In this document: positions 38,793 through 48,819 of the stretch, piece after piece
Layout: the number at the start of each line of letters is the position of its first letter
How positions within the stretch are numbered: the first letter of the stretch is position 1
NCBI GenBank assembly: GCA_964649335.1
Contig: CAZYPI010000003.1
Coordinates: forward strand, 1 to 50,593
Length of the DNA stretch: 50,593 bases
Origin: an uncultured Rikenellaceae bacterium
Lineage (GTDB): Bacteria > Bacteroidota > Bacteroidia > Bacteroidales > VadinHA17
Direction of reading: 5' to 3'
Notes under the pieces: generated by a model
Seen by the model: only the letters and a program-made list of their open reading frames with translations
Database searches by the model: none
What the model was told of the DNA's origin: nothing
Translations under genes and position numbers: made by a program

Positions 38793-39599
38793 CTAATCCA
38801 GAAAATCCAGAATCGTTTTTACCAGAAGTTCCGGTTGTTCGGCATGAAGCCAGTGCCCCGCACCGGGGATGACCACCGTTTCGGCATAAGGAAAATATTT
38901 ATGGATCACCGGGATGTCTTCCTCCGTAATATAATTGGAATTCTCTCCTTTTATGAACAGTACTGGAAAGGATGTGACCTGCTTATTCCTTAGCTCCGGG
39001 TCGCTGTTTAGCCCTTTCAGGATATTGGGAAGCTGCTCATACAGTACCGGCAGATTGATCTTCCATTTGAAACGGTTGTGGTCATCGCGGGTAAGGTTTT
39101 TCATCAAAAACTGCCGGATCCTTTCCTGAGGGATCGCCGGCGCCAGGGCATCGGTCACTTCCTGCCGGGAGGAAAAGGTCTGCAAATCCAGATCCAGCAT
39201 GGCTTGCTACCTCTGTTTATGCATGTGGAAAGAAGTGCCGGAGCCTTCCCCGAGGTGATAGGTACGCGGGGAAATATCCACCACGATCAGGGCATTTATC
39301 CTTTCCGGGTGACATACGGAGTAGAACATAGCCGTCTTTCCACCCATCGAGTGCCCCAAAAAAACAGCCCTTTCTATTCCGTGGTCATGAACAAACTCAT
39401 CGAGATCATCACACAATGAAGGAAAATCGTGCACGGGGTGATGAGGTGAACGTCCATGATTACGCTGGTCCACCAAATAGATATGATACCGGTGTTGCAG
39501 CTTCCGGGCAAAGGAAACCCAGTTGTCCGACGACCCGTACAGACCATGCAGAATGATCAGGGGAGGCCCTTCTCCCAGCTCTCTGTGGAAAAGTTTCAT
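38793..39599 (-). pseudogene. Alpha/beta hydrolase (YbfF-type esterase-like) interrupted by an in-frame TAG
   Basis: ORF 39207-39599 holds the N-terminal half ('LIILHGLYGSSDNW', nucleophile elbow 'GHSMGG'). ORF 38793-39200 holds the cap and C-terminal half ('GAGHWLHAEQP'). Both are in the same frame and are separated only by TAG (39207-39209) and two sense codons. Confidence 0.75.
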
Positions 39600-39604
39600 A
39601 AAAT

Positions 39605-40330
39605 TCAGATCAATTGTTGCAGATACATCTGGATGGTATTTTCCAGACCGTAATACAAGGCGTCGGAGATCAGGGCATGTCCTATGGACACTTCGGCAAG
39701 GTACGGGATCTTTTCATGGAAATACCTGAGGTTGTCAAGGTTCAGGTCGTGGCCGGCATTGATGCCCAGCCCGAGGCTGAGGGCCAGTGCTGCTGCCTCC
39801 GTGAAAAGACGCACGGCATCTTCACGGTTTTTGGAATAATCCGCAGCATAAGGCTCGGTATATAACTCGATACGGTCGGTGCCGGTTTCCGGAGCCAGGC
39901 GGATGATTTCCGTGTCGGCATCCACAAAAACGGAAGTGCGTATTCCTGCCCGGTGCAGGGTGTCAATCACCTCCCGGAGGAAGGGAAGGTTTTCTTTTAT
40001 CTGCCAGCCAGCGTTGGAGGTAAGCGTATCCGGCGGATCGGGGACCAGGGTAACCTGGTCGGGAACCACCTCCAGCACCAGCTCCATAAAACGCTCCGAC
40101 GGATACCCTTCCACATTGAACTCGGTTTTTATCACCGGACGTATCTCCCGTACATCCCGGTAACGGATATGGCGTTCGTCAGGCCTCGGATGGACGGTGA
40201 TACCCTCCGCACCAAACCGCTCACAATTCACGGCAGCCTCCAGCACATTCGGAATATTTCCGCCTCTGGCATTCCGGATTGTTGCAATTTTGTTTATATT
40301 TACACTTAATCGCGTCATGGTTTTGGTCAT
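39605..40330 (-). CDS. pdxJ: Pyridoxine 5'-phosphate synthase
   Basis: '[17 protein letters not shown]', '[12 protein letters not shown]', 'NVEGYP', 'VTLVPD' and 'INAGHDLN' are present. The protein is 241 aa. Confidence 0.93.
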   Translation of the reverse strand: MTKTMTRLSVNINKIATIRNARGGNIPNVLEAAVNCERFGAEGITVHPRPDERHIRYRDVREIRPVIKTEFNVEGYPSERFMELVLEVVPDQVTLVPDPPDTLTSNAGWQIKENLPFLREVIDTLHRAGIRTSVFVDADTEIIRLAPETGTDRIELYTEPYAADYSKNREDAVRLFTEAAALALSLGLGINAGHDLNLDNLRYFHEKIPYLAEVSIGHALISDALYYGLENTIQMYLQQLI

Positions 40331-40347
40331 TTTGTATTATCTTTCGG

Positions 40348-40355
40348 CAAAGTTA
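40348..40355 (-). promoter_or_regulatory. Candidate -7 box (TAACTTTG) for pdxJ
   Basis: The minus strand matches TAnnTTTG 18 nt upstream of the first pdxJ ATG. Confidence 0.35.
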
Positions 40356-40381
40356 CAAGGTTTTTTTATGGATTGACGAAT

Positions 40382-41047
40382 ATGCTGGCAAAAGATTTGA
40401 TATCGGAAATCATTCCCTCGCTCCGTACCTCCGATACGGGACAAAAAGCATTGAACTGGATGGAGGTGTTCCGGGTGTCCCATCTGCCCATTGTAAATGA
40501 CAAGGAATTTCTGGGATTGATATCGGATACCGACATTTATGACCTGAACATGGCGGATGAACCTATCGGCAACCATAAACTCTCTCTGTTCAGTCCTTTC
40601 GTCTATAGCGACCAGCATGTTTATGAAGTGATCGAGCTGGTGGCCCGTCTGAAACTGACCGCCGTACCGGTGCTGGACCGTAAAAAAAACTACCTGGGCA
40701 TGATCACCAGCCATGAGCTGGTACAATATTTTGCCGAGCTGGCAGCCGTAAAAAACCCCGGGGCGATCCTGGTGCTTGAACTGCATCAGAATGACTATTC
40801 CCTGAGCCAGATAGCCCAGATCGTGGAGTCGAATGATGCAAAGATCCTGAGCACATATATACAATCACACGAAGACTCGACAAAAATGGAAGTGATCCTG
40901 AAAATAAACAGATCGGAAGTATCATCCATCATCAGTACCTTCGAACGGTATGATTATAATGTGAAAGCATCGTTTATGAGCGATCAGGAGATGGATTCCT
41001 TTTATGCCAGCCGCTACGATGAATTTATGACGTATCTGAATATTTGA
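40382..41047 (+). CDS. CBS domain-containing protein
   Basis: It has a tandem CBS-pair-like sequence ('HLPIVNDKEFLGLISDTDI', 'AVPVLDRKKNYLGMITSHEL'). I preferred the ATG at 40382 over the TTG at 40373. It holds the conserved position between pdxJ and nadK. Confidence 0.78.
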   Translation: MLAKDLISEIIPSLRTSDTGQKALNWMEVFRVSHLPIVNDKEFLGLISDTDIYDLNMADEPIGNHKLSLFSPFVYSDQHVYEVIELVARLKLTAVPVLDRKKNYLGMITSHELVQYFAELAAVKNPGAILVLELHQNDYSLSQIAQIVESNDAKILSTYIQSHEDSTKMEVILKINRSEVSSIISTFERYDYNVKASFMSDQEMDSFYASRYDEFMTYLNI

Positions 41048-41061
41048 CCAAACCGGATAGT

Positions 41062-41940
41062 ATGAAAATCGCCGTTTTCGGGAAGAAAATCACTGCTGAG
41101 TTTTTTCCTTATTTCAAACTGATATGTGAAAAATTCAGAGAATATGGTTCCGATATCATATTATATAATGAATTGCACGATAATGTATCGCATGACTTCA
41201 ACTATAACTTTAACTATAATCATCTTTTTTCGCAACATACGGATTTGCATGAAGGCATAGATTTTCTGGTCAGCATCGGAGGGGATGGGACCTTCCTGGA
41301 GTCGGTCTCTTTTGTACGTAAGAAAGAAATTCCCATCATCGGGATCAACAGCGGCCGGCTGGGTTTTCTGGCTACCATATCCCGGGGAAACATTGCGGAA
41401 TCGATCGATGCCATTTTCAGCGGAAAGTTCACCCTGGAAAAAAGATCGCTCATTGAGCTGCTCCATCCCGAAGAGAACCTGAAAGAATTTCCTTTTGCCC
41501 TGAATGAGTTTGCCGTTCAGAAAAAGGGAACAGGCATGATTAGTATAGAGGTAACCATGGACGGCCAACATCTGAACACATACTGGGCCGACGGATTGAT
41601 CGTATCCACCCCGACCGGCTCCACCGGCTATTCCATGAGTGTGGGAGGCCCTATTGTAATACCGGGCTCGAAAAACTTTATACTCAGCCCCATTGCCCCC
41701 CACAACCTTACGGTAAGACCTTTGGTGATACCCGACCATCATGAGCTGACGGTGAAAGTCTCCACACGCCAGAACGCTTTCTGGGTTTCCATGGATTCCA
41801 GATCGGTGGTTTACAGGGGGGAGGTCGCCCTGAAAGTCAGAAAAGCCGACTTTTTTATTCATATCCTCAAACTGGAAGGGATGGATTACTTCGAAACCCT
41901 GCGGTCAAAACTGATGTGGGGGGCGGATAAGAGAATATAA
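41062..41940 (+). CDS. nadK: NAD kinase
   Basis: 'GGDGT(F)L' appears as 'SIGGDGTFL'. 'GINSGRLGFL', 'NE' and 'DGLIVSTPTGSTGYSMSVGGPIV' are also present. I preferred the ATG at 41062 ('MKIAVFGK'). Confidence 0.9.
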   Translation: MKIAVFGKKITAEFFPYFKLICEKFREYGSDIILYNELHDNVSHDFNYNFNYNHLFSQHTDLHEGIDFLVSIGGDGTFLESVSFVRKKEIPIIGINSGRLGFLATISRGNIAESIDAIFSGKFTLEKRSLIELLHPEENLKEFPFALNEFAVQKKGTGMISIEVTMDGQHLNTYWADGLIVSTPTGSTGYSMSVGGPIVIPGSKNFILSPIAPHNLTVRPLVIPDHHELTVKVSTRQNAFWVSMDSRSVVYRGEVALKVRKADFFIHILKLEGMDYFETLRSKLMWGADKRI

Positions 41941-42004
41941 AAAAACAAAGACAATAATGGGTAAAAGGGAAATTTTTTCTATATTTGTCATAAAGATACG
42001 AAGA

Positions 42005-42760
42005 ATGAGACAATATTTTGTTAGGATAATTTTGTTTATCACTATATTTTCTTTGTTTGCTGTTGAAGGAAGGTCTCAGGTTTGGAAGCTTCGCCGGTAT
42101 GAGATGAGCGGCTCGATTGGAATTGTAAATTATTTCGGGGACATCGGCGGTTATTCTCCCGGAGATAACCTGTTGGGCCTAAAAGATTTCTCAGGTCACA
42201 GCACGAGACCCATGATATCGGTGGGCATGAGATACAAGCTTTATGAGATCGGCTGGCTCAATTTTAATCTTGCTTTCGGGGGATTACACGGAAACGATGT
42301 TACAGGCGATAACCCCAACCGGGGCATCGAATTCAGTTCTTTTCTTTTTGAGCCCAGCCTACGTTATGAACAAGCTATTATCAACGGCCGTATCAACAGA
42401 AGCTATCTGATGATGAAGGGACGGGGCATAGCCTCTTTTGCCAACAGTCTGAGCGTGTACCTCTTTGCCGGGGTAGGTCTGCCCGTTATGGGGGTCAAAT
42501 CCGTCAAGGACCCTTATGACAGACTGCAGACAGGAACCAAAATATCCGTGAGTTTTCCCGTAGGTGCAGCCATGAGGTTTGCATTGAACCCTGACCTGGA
42601 TCTCGGCTTTGAAATAGGTGCTCATTATACGCTGACCGATTATGCCGACGGATTCACCTCACAATATTCCAAATTTAATGACGTTTTTCTTTTTACAAAC
42701 GTTCAGGTTATTTGGAAGCTGAGGACCTCCAGAAAGAATCTTCCGATCTTCAGGTTCTAG
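42005..42760 (+). CDS. Outer-membrane beta-barrel protein, probably DUF6089 family
   Basis: A signal peptide ends 'VEGRSQ'. The sequence alternates in an aromatic-rich, beta-strand-like pattern and ends in Phe ('LPIFRF'). It holds the conserved position upstream of uppS/bamA. The family name comes from memory. Confidence 0.55.
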   Translation: MRQYFVRIILFITIFSLFAVEGRSQVWKLRRYEMSGSIGIVNYFGDIGGYSPGDNLLGLKDFSGHSTRPMISVGMRYKLYEIGWLNFNLAFGGLHGNDVTGDNPNRGIEFSSFLFEPSLRYEQAIINGRINRSYLMMKGRGIASFANSLSVYLFAGVGLPVMGVKSVKDPYDRLQTGTKISVSFPVGAAMRFALNPDLDLGFEIGAHYTLTDYADGFTSQYSKFNDVFLFTNVQVIWKLRTSRKNLPIFRF

Positions 42761-42778
42761 TAGCCAAAAACAGATTGT

Positions 42779-43486
42779 ATGAGAAAACATTGGTTACTCC
42801 TGATCATCCTGGCAGCGTCGGGATCACAAACTGTTATTGCACAACAGAAAACAATATTCATTCAGAATATCGGAGTATTTGCCGGCGGTTCTTACTATAT
42901 CGGTGACATTAATCCGGAAAGGATGTTTTATAACCTTTCTCCCACCTTCGGAGGTTTTTATAATTTCTGGATCAATAAGAGATATGCCGTAAGGACGAAC
43001 TTTTATTATGGCGGACTTAAAGCCGACGGGCAGGATTTTGACTATTCTTTCACTCCGCTGCGCAATGCTTCTTTTTCGGAATCTTTCCTTGATATGGCCA
43101 TCCAGTTTGAGTTTAACTTCCTGCCCTATGGCTATGATCCCAGAAGAACCTTGTTCACACCTTATGTCTCGGGCGGAGTGGGCTTTCTGTTTGTTTTCGG
43201 CAACACCAAAGTGGCCAATGAATTTGTGTTGCCGGTGAACCTGGGATTCAAAGTCAATGTCAGCAAAAAGATCGATGTGGGGGCCGAATGGGGCTTCCGG
43301 AAAACATTCAATGACTACCTTGATGAGTGGTCTCCGTCCGACCCGACCATAGGCCTGACCCCTTCGGATGTAAAAACTTTCTCACACAATAACGATTGGT
43401 ATTCTTTTGTTGGTATATTTGCAAGCTTCAAAATATTTTATGACCGGGCGAGTTGTCCTGCTTACTGGGACAGCAACAAAAAGTAA
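42779..43486 (+). CDS. Outer-membrane beta-barrel protein, probably DUF6089 family (a paralogue of the preceding gene)
   Basis: A signal peptide ends 'VIAQQ'. It shares 'Y.GDI' and 'GGL..DG' patterns with the upstream ORF and lies directly upstream of uppS. Confidence 0.55.
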   Translation: MRKHWLLLIILAASGSQTVIAQQKTIFIQNIGVFAGGSYYIGDINPERMFYNLSPTFGGFYNFWINKRYAVRTNFYYGGLKADGQDFDYSFTPLRNASFSESFLDMAIQFEFNFLPYGYDPRRTLFTPYVSGGVGFLFVFGNTKVANEFVLPVNLGFKVNVSKKIDVGAEWGFRKTFNDYLDEWSPSDPTIGLTPSDVKTFSHNNDWYSFVGIFASFKIFYDRASCPAYWDSNKK

Positions 43487-43489
43487 AAA

Positions 43490-44251
43490 ATGACGTCGAC
43501 AGAAAAGGAAAATATTGACAAGAATAAGATTCCCGTTCATATTGCCGTCATCATGGACGGCAACGGACGCTGGGCCAAAAGAAAAGGCAAGGAGAGGATC
43601 ATAGGCCACCAGCACGGGGTGAAAGCCGTGAGAGAGGTGACCGAGGCCGCCGCCGAACTGGGAGTGAAATATCTCACGTTCTTTGCTTTTTCCACCGAAA
43701 ACTGGCAGCGCCCTGCCGACGAAGTGAATGCCCTGATGTCCCTGCTCGTCAATACGCTGAATGCCGAGATAGACACTTTGATGAAAAACAATATCAAACT
43801 CAATACGATCGGCAACCTGGATATTCTGCCCGGTACGGTAAGAAAGAACCTGATGAAAACCATAGGCCGCACCGCCGGAAACAAGGGGATGACCCTGACC
43901 CTGGCCCTGAGCTACAGTGCCCGCTGGGAGGTAGCCAAAGCGGCACGTGATCTGGCCCGGGATGTCGCTGAAGGAACCGTGGATGTGGATAAGATCGATG
44001 AAAAACTCTTTGCACAATATTTACAAACAAAAAACATCCCTGATCCCGATATTTTGATCCGTACCAGCGGAGAATACAGGATCAGCAACTTTCTCCTCTG
44101 GCAAATTGCCTATACCGAATTGTATTTTACCAAAAAGCTCTGGCCCGACATCCGGAAAAAAGATCTCTACAGGGCTATTGCGGATTATCAGCGCCGGGAG
44201 AGAAGATTCGGACGTATCAGCGAACAAACAAAATTGAATGAAGACCGGTAA
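43490..44251 (+). CDS. uppS: Isoprenyl transferase (undecaprenyl-diphosphate synthase)
   Basis: 'HIAVIMDGNGRWA', 'LTFFAFSTENW.RP', 'IRTSGE.RISNFLLWQ.AY.E' and 'DY..RERRFG' are present. Confidence 0.95.
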   Translation: MTSTEKENIDKNKIPVHIAVIMDGNGRWAKRKGKERIIGHQHGVKAVREVTEAAAELGVKYLTFFAFSTENWQRPADEVNALMSLLVNTLNAEIDTLMKNNIKLNTIGNLDILPGTVRKNLMKTIGRTAGNKGMTLTLALSYSARWEVAKAARDLARDVAEGTVDVDKIDEKLFAQYLQTKNIPDPDILIRTSGEYRISNFLLWQIAYTELYFTKKLWPDIRKKDLYRAIADYQRRERRFGRISEQTKLNEDR

Positions 44252-44264
44252 AGTGTTGTATGTT

Positions 44265-46778
44265 ATGTGGAGAAAAGCGTTAGTACTGACTGTTTTTGTT
44301 TCCGTTATACCGTTTGTTTCATTTGCCCAGGATAAAGACACCCTGGTCAAAAACCTGCCTGTGGTGGATTATTCCAAGCCGGAAAGCTATATCCTGGGGG
44401 GGATAACTATCTCCGGGATCAAATACCTGGATAAAGGGATCCTGGTACAACTCACCGGACTGAATATAGGCAAACGGATCCAGGTGCCCGGTTCGGAAAT
44501 CACCAATTCTATTAAGAAACTGTGGAAGCAGGGACTTTTTTCCGATATTAAGGTTACCTATACACGTATCGATAGCGGCCGAATCTATTTGGATTTTTAT
44601 CTGCAGGAAAGACCCCGGTTGTCAAAGATCGAGTTCAAGGGTATCAGAAAAAGCGAACAGGACGATCTGCAGGAAAAAATCAATGTAATGGCCGGCAGCC
44701 AGGTGACGGAAAACCTTATCAATAACACCAGGAAGATCATCCGGGATCATTATGTCGAGAAAGGATACCTCGACGTTTCCGTGGATATCCGGGAAAAGAA
44801 AGACCCCCGCTTCCAAAATAGCGTGTTGCTGGTAGCCGATATCAATAAGGGAAAGAAAGTGAAGATCGGGCTGATAGAATTCGATGGGAATAAGGTGTTC
44901 CCGGACAAAAAACTGAAACATGTCCTGAAAAAAACAAAACAGAAAAACTGGAATATCTTTAAAGCTTCCAAATTTGTAGATAAAGAATTCAAAGAGGATA
45001 AGCGGAAACTGGTAGAGTTTTACAACGAGAACGGTTACCGTGATTTTAAGATCCTGAGCGATTCAACCTATCCCCTTGAAGACAACCGGATTGCTCTGGT
45101 GATAAAGATTTATGAAGGCGACCGCTACTACTTCAGGAATATTACCTGGGTGGGCAATACCAAGTTTCCGTCACCTTACCTGAGCCAACGCCTGGGCATA
45201 AAAAAAGGCGATCCGTACGACCTGAAGCTCCTGAACAAACGGTTAAAAGAAGACGAGGATGCCGTACAATCCATCTATATGGATGACGGATATCTGTTTT
45301 CGGATATTATCCCTGTCGAACAAAAAATAGAAAATGATTCCATCGATCTGGAGATGCGTGTTTTTGAAGGAGAACAGGCCACGGTCAACCGGGTGATCAT
45401 CAAAGGAAATACCAAGACCAACGAACATGTGGTGCGACGGGAGCTGAGAACGCTCCCGGGCGAGTTGTTCAGTAAAAGCGATATCGTTCGTTCGGTTCGG
45501 GAGCTGGCACAACTGGGACATTTTGATCCGGAAAAGATCAATCCCGTACCCATCCCCAATCCGGCTAGTGGAACGGTGGATCTGGAATACAACCTGGAGG
45601 AAAAAGCCAACGATCAGTTTGAGATCTCGGGAGGATGGGGAGCGAACATGCTTGTCGGGACCATCGGTTTGCGGTTCAATAATTTTTCGGTAAGAAACAT
45701 GTTCCAGCCCAAGGCCTGGAGACCCATTCCCACCGGTGACGGCCAGTCGGTTAGCCTGCGTGCCCAAACCAACGGGAAATATTACCAGGCTTATAGCTTC
45801 GGCTTTACCGAGCCCTGGTTCGGGGGGAAAAAACACAATACTTTCTCTTTTTCCGTGTACCGCACCGGCCAGTCCAACGGCCGCAAAAAAGGAGACCTGG
45901 CACGCCAGGCCCTCCATATCACCGGCGCCAGCGTGGGACTGCAGAAAAGACTGAAATGGCCCGACGACTATTTCAGCCTCTATCTGGGCCTGACCTTTCA
46001 GAACTATGAGCTGAGAAACTGGAACCGCAACTTCCTGTTTAAAAACGGTAACTCCAATAACTTTAGTTTTACCACCACCTTCGGAAGATATTCGGCCGGT
46101 CCCAACCCGATTTATCCACAGGGCGGCTCCAATATCTCCCTTAGCCTGCAACTTACCCCTCCCTACTCATGGTTTAACCACAAAGATTATTCAAACCCGG
46201 AAATGATTGACAGTGAATTTTATAGATGGGTGGAGTATCATAAATGGCTATTTAAAACAGATTGGTATCAGACTTTGGCAGGAAAATTGGTGTTACGTGC
46301 AAGGTTCGACTTCGGTTATCTCGGATATTATAACCGCAAGGTGGGTCCTTCTCCTTTCGAAAGGTTTGACGTCGGGGGGGACGGAATGTCCGGGTATAAT
46401 CTCTACGGGGTGACCGTCGTCGGACTGCGAGGCTATGAAAACGGTTCTTTGACACCTTACCGGAAAAACAGAAACGGTGAATTTAAAAAAGCCGGTAACG
46501 TGTATGAAAAAGTTACCATGGAACTGAGATATCCCATCACGTTACAGGCACAAGCCACCGTTTTTGTCCTGGGTTTTCTGGAAGCAGGTAATGCCTGGAG
46601 CAGAATCCAGGATTACAACCCGTTCGGGATACGGAAATCTGCCGGCATAGGCCTGCGTGCCTTCCTGCCCATGTTCGGACTGCTTGGGATCGACTGGGGC
46701 TGGGGCTTCAACTCCCTGCCCGGACAACCCGGGCCCAGCGGCGGCCATTTCCATTTTACCATCGGCCAGGAATTCTGA
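44265..46778 (+). CDS. bamA: Outer membrane protein assembly factor BamA
   Basis: Repeated POTRA-like modules are followed by a C-terminal Omp85 barrel that ends in the aromatic residue 'TIGQEF'. The signal peptide is 'MWRKALVLTVFVSVIPFVSFAQ'. An alternative start at 44238 overlaps the uppS stop. Confidence 0.9.
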   Translation: MWRKALVLTVFVSVIPFVSFAQDKDTLVKNLPVVDYSKPESYILGGITISGIKYLDKGILVQLTGLNIGKRIQVPGSEITNSIKKLWKQGLFSDIKVTYTRIDSGRIYLDFYLQERPRLSKIEFKGIRKSEQDDLQEKINVMAGSQVTENLINNTRKIIRDHYVEKGYLDVSVDIREKKDPRFQNSVLLVADINKGKKVKIGLIEFDGNKVFPDKKLKHVLKKTKQKNWNIFKASKFVDKEFKEDKRKLVEFYNENGYRDFKILSDSTYPLEDNRIALVIKIYEGDRYYFRNITWVGNTKFPSPYLSQRLGIKKGDPYDLKLLNKRLKEDEDAVQSIYMDDGYLFSDIIPVEQKIENDSIDLEMRVFEGEQATVNRVIIKGNTKTNEHVVRRELRTLPGELFSKSDIVRSVRELAQLGHFDPEKINPVPIPNPASGTVDLEYNLEEKANDQFEISGGWGANMLVGTIGLRFNNFSVRNMFQPKAWRPIPTGDGQSVSLRAQTNGKYYQAYSFGFTEPWFGGKKHNTFSFSVYRTGQSNGRKKGDLARQALHITGASVGLQKRLKWPDDYFSLYLGLTFQNYELRNWNRNFLFKNGNSNNFSFTTTFGRYSAGPNPIYPQGGSNISLSLQLTPPYSWFNHKDYSNPEMIDSEFYRWVEYHKWLFKTDWYQTLAGKLVLRARFDFGYLGYYNRKVGPSPFERFDVGGDGMSGYNLYGVTVVGLRGYENGSLTPYRKNRNGEFKKAGNVYEKVTMELRYPITLQAQATVFVLGFLEAGNAWSRIQDYNPFGIRKSAGIGLRAFLPMFGLLGIDWGWGFNSLPGQPGPSGGHFHFTIGQEF

Positions 46779-46805
46779 TGTATGTTTAACATAAAATGAT
46801 GAGTT

Positions 46806-47321
46806 ATGAAAAAATTAATGCTATTCATATCAATGATCGTACTGTCTGCCGGCACAGGCTGGGGACAGAAATATGCCTTCGTGGATACGGAATATATCCT
46901 CAATAATATTCCGTCTTACAAGGCAGCTCAGGATAAACTGAATACCCTCTCGAAACAATGGGAGAAAGAAATCGCGGATAAATACGCGGAAATTGATAAG
47001 CTGTACAAAGCTTATCAGAATGAAGCGGTGTTACTGACCCCCGAAATGAAGAAAAAAAGAGAAAATGAGATCATCACCAAAGAACAGGCCGCAAAAGACC
47101 TGCAAAAAAAATATTTCGGCCCCGAAGGAGATCTTTTCAAGAAAAGGGAAGAACTGGTCAAACCCATCCAGGACGAGATATACAATGCGGTAAAAAAACT
47201 TGCCGTCGAAGGAAATTATGCAGTGATCTTTGACACCGCCGGCGGCCCCGTCTTTCTCTATACCAACCCCCGCTATGACCTTAGCGATCAGGTTTTAAAA
47301 TTAATGGGATATAAAGAATAA
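46806..47321 (+). CDS. OmpH/Skp family periplasmic chaperone
   Basis: The 171-aa protein has a signal peptide and a coiled-coil-rich K/E/Q body. 'AVIFD' is near the C-terminus. It lies downstream of bamA. Confidence 0.85.
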   Translation: MKKLMLFISMIVLSAGTGWGQKYAFVDTEYILNNIPSYKAAQDKLNTLSKQWEKEIADKYAEIDKLYKAYQNEAVLLTPEMKKKRENEIITKEQAAKDLQKKYFGPEGDLFKKREELVKPIQDEIYNAVKKLAVEGNYAVIFDTAGGPVFLYTNPRYDLSDQVLKLMGYKE

Positions 47322-47332
47322 AATAATTTGCG

Positions 47333-47340
47333 TACATTTG
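47333..47340 (+). promoter_or_regulatory. Candidate -7 box (TACATTTG) for the second skp-like gene
   Basis: The site matches TAnnTTTG 58 nt upstream of the ATG at 47398. Confidence 0.35.
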
Positions 47341-47397
47341 CCAACTGTTTCCTATGGATTATGAATTACTGAAGTTTAACTAAAAATAAATAACCCG

Positions 47398-47916
47398 ATG
47401 AAAAAAAGTATTAGTATTTTATTGGTATTGCTATTATTTGGATGGGGCCTGACGGTACAGGCACAGCAAAAGTATAAGTTCGGACATATCAACAGTCAGG
47501 AGCTTCTTCAATCAATGCCGGAAAATGACAGTGCACAGGCCAAATTGCAGCGGTTTGCCAAAGAATTGCAGGACCAGTTCGATGCCATGCAGGTAGAATA
47601 CAACAAAAAATTTCAGGAGTTTCAGGATCAGCAAAACAACCTGACCGATCTGATCAAGAAAACGAAAATGGAAGAACTGTCACACATCCAGCAAACCATG
47701 CAGGACTTCCAGGCCAACGCCCAGCAGGAAATGCAGAAAAAACAGGCGGAGCTGCTACAACCTGTTATTGACAAAGCCAACCAGGCAATCAAGGAGATAG
47801 CCCAGGAAAACGGCTTTACCTATATCTTTGATATCTCGCGGGGAACTATCCTGTATTTTTCGGATCAAAGCGTGGATATCCTGCCCATGGTGAAAAAGAA
47901 ACTGGGCATACAGTAA
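47398..47916 (+). CDS. OmpH/Skp family periplasmic chaperone (second copy)
   Basis: The 172-aa protein has a signal peptide, a Q/E/K-rich coiled-coil body, and 'YIFD' near the C-terminus. Confidence 0.85.
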   Translation: MKKSISILLVLLLFGWGLTVQAQQKYKFGHINSQELLQSMPENDSAQAKLQRFAKELQDQFDAMQVEYNKKFQEFQDQQNNLTDLIKKTKMEELSHIQQTMQDFQANAQQEMQKKQAELLQPVIDKANQAIKEIAQENGFTYIFDISRGTILYFSDQSVDILPMVKKKLGIQ

Positions 47917-47945
47917 AAAAAAATGTTCATATTTTCTTATATTGG

Positions 47946-47977
47946 AAGACCATCCCGGAGATGGTCTTTTCTTTTTG
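47946..47977 (+). terminator. Rho-independent terminator after the skp pair
   Basis: AAGACCATC (47946-47954) pairs with GATGGTCTT (47960-47968) around a 5-nt loop and is followed by TTCTTTTTG. Confidence 0.7.
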
Positions 47978-47992
47978 TTAAAAACTTGTGTT

Positions 47993-48811
47993 ATGAAGGT
48001 TGATGCCAACAGTCCTATCGGTGTGTTTGATTCGGGAGTGGGCGGCCTTACCGTGGCCCACGCCCTGAAACAAGTGTTGCCCGGAGAATCCATGGTCTAT
48101 TTTGGCGATACGGCACACTTGCCCTACGGTGAAAAATCCCCAGAAGCCATCCTGCACTATGCGGAAAAAATCACCCGCTTTCTGATCGGCCAAAACTGCA
48201 AAACGGTGGTGATCGCCTGCAATACCGCCTCATCGGTCGCCTACAAACAGCTGAAAGCCAGTTACGGCAAAGAGGTGGAGATCGTAAATGTGATTGACCC
48301 CGTGGTGGATTATTATCTTGATCACCATGCCCCGGGCAGGGTGGGGGTGATCGGCACCAAAGCCACTATCCGCTCCGGTGCCTATGAGAAAAAGATCGGA
48401 GCAAAAAGCCCCGAATCCGAAGTGTTCTCCAAAGCAACCCCCCTGCTGGTGCCGATGATTGAAGAAGGATTCATCTTTGATGATATCAGCAATGCCATCA
48501 TCCGGGCTTACCTCTCGGAAGAACCCTTCCGCTCATTGCAGGCACTGATCCTGGGATGTACCCATTACCCCATTATCAAAAACCAGATCAGCAAATTCTA
48601 TGACTTCTCTGTGGAAATACTGGACTCGGCTTCTATTGTCGCACGACATGTTAAGAAATTGCTGGCCGAAAAAAACCTGCTCAGGAAAAACGGTTCAGGA
48701 AAAGATGTTTTCTACGTCTCAGACTATACCCCTTACTTTGAGAAAATATCGGGGATGTTCTTTGAGGATAAAATCAACCTGAAAAAACTGGACCTGTGGA
48801 AGGACGAATGA
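47993..48811 (+). CDS. murI: Glutamate racemase
   Basis: 'PIGVFDSGVGGLTV', 'YFGDTAHLPYG', 'ACNTAS' and 'LGCTHYP' are present. I chose the ATG at 47993 because the ORF-track start at 47942 would run through the terminator hairpin. Confidence 0.9.
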   Translation: MKVDANSPIGVFDSGVGGLTVAHALKQVLPGESMVYFGDTAHLPYGEKSPEAILHYAEKITRFLIGQNCKTVVIACNTASSVAYKQLKASYGKEVEIVNVIDPVVDYYLDHHAPGRVGVIGTKATIRSGAYEKKIGAKSPESEVFSKATPLLVPMIEEGFIFDDISNAIIRAYLSEEPFRSLQALILGCTHYPIIKNQISKFYDFSVEILDSASIVARHVKKLLAEKNLLRKNGSGKDVFYVSDYTPYFEKISGMFFEDKINLKKLDLWKDE

Positions 48812-48819
48812 CAAAGTTC

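Noticed and set aside
39207-39209. The in-frame TAG in the alpha/beta hydrolase as programmed recoding (pyrrolysine or stop-codon reassignment)
   Set aside because: TAG is used as an ordinary stop elsewhere in the window (for example udk, and the hydrolase itself at 38793-38795). No Pyl machinery is evident, and Bacteroidota are not known for it. A mutation or a sequencing error is far more likely.
45243-46151. The 302-aa antisense ORF inside bamA, plus similar antisense ORFs at 9802-10581, 35393-36034, 41161-41862 and 43382-44017
   Set aside because: All lie opposite confidently identified genes and show a low-complexity, shadow-frame composition. None has its own promoter-like or start context.
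47942-47992. The longer murI start at 47942
   Set aside because: That start would translate through the skp terminator hairpin (47946-47968). The ATG at 47993 gives the conserved 'MKV....PIGVFDSGVGG' N-terminus.
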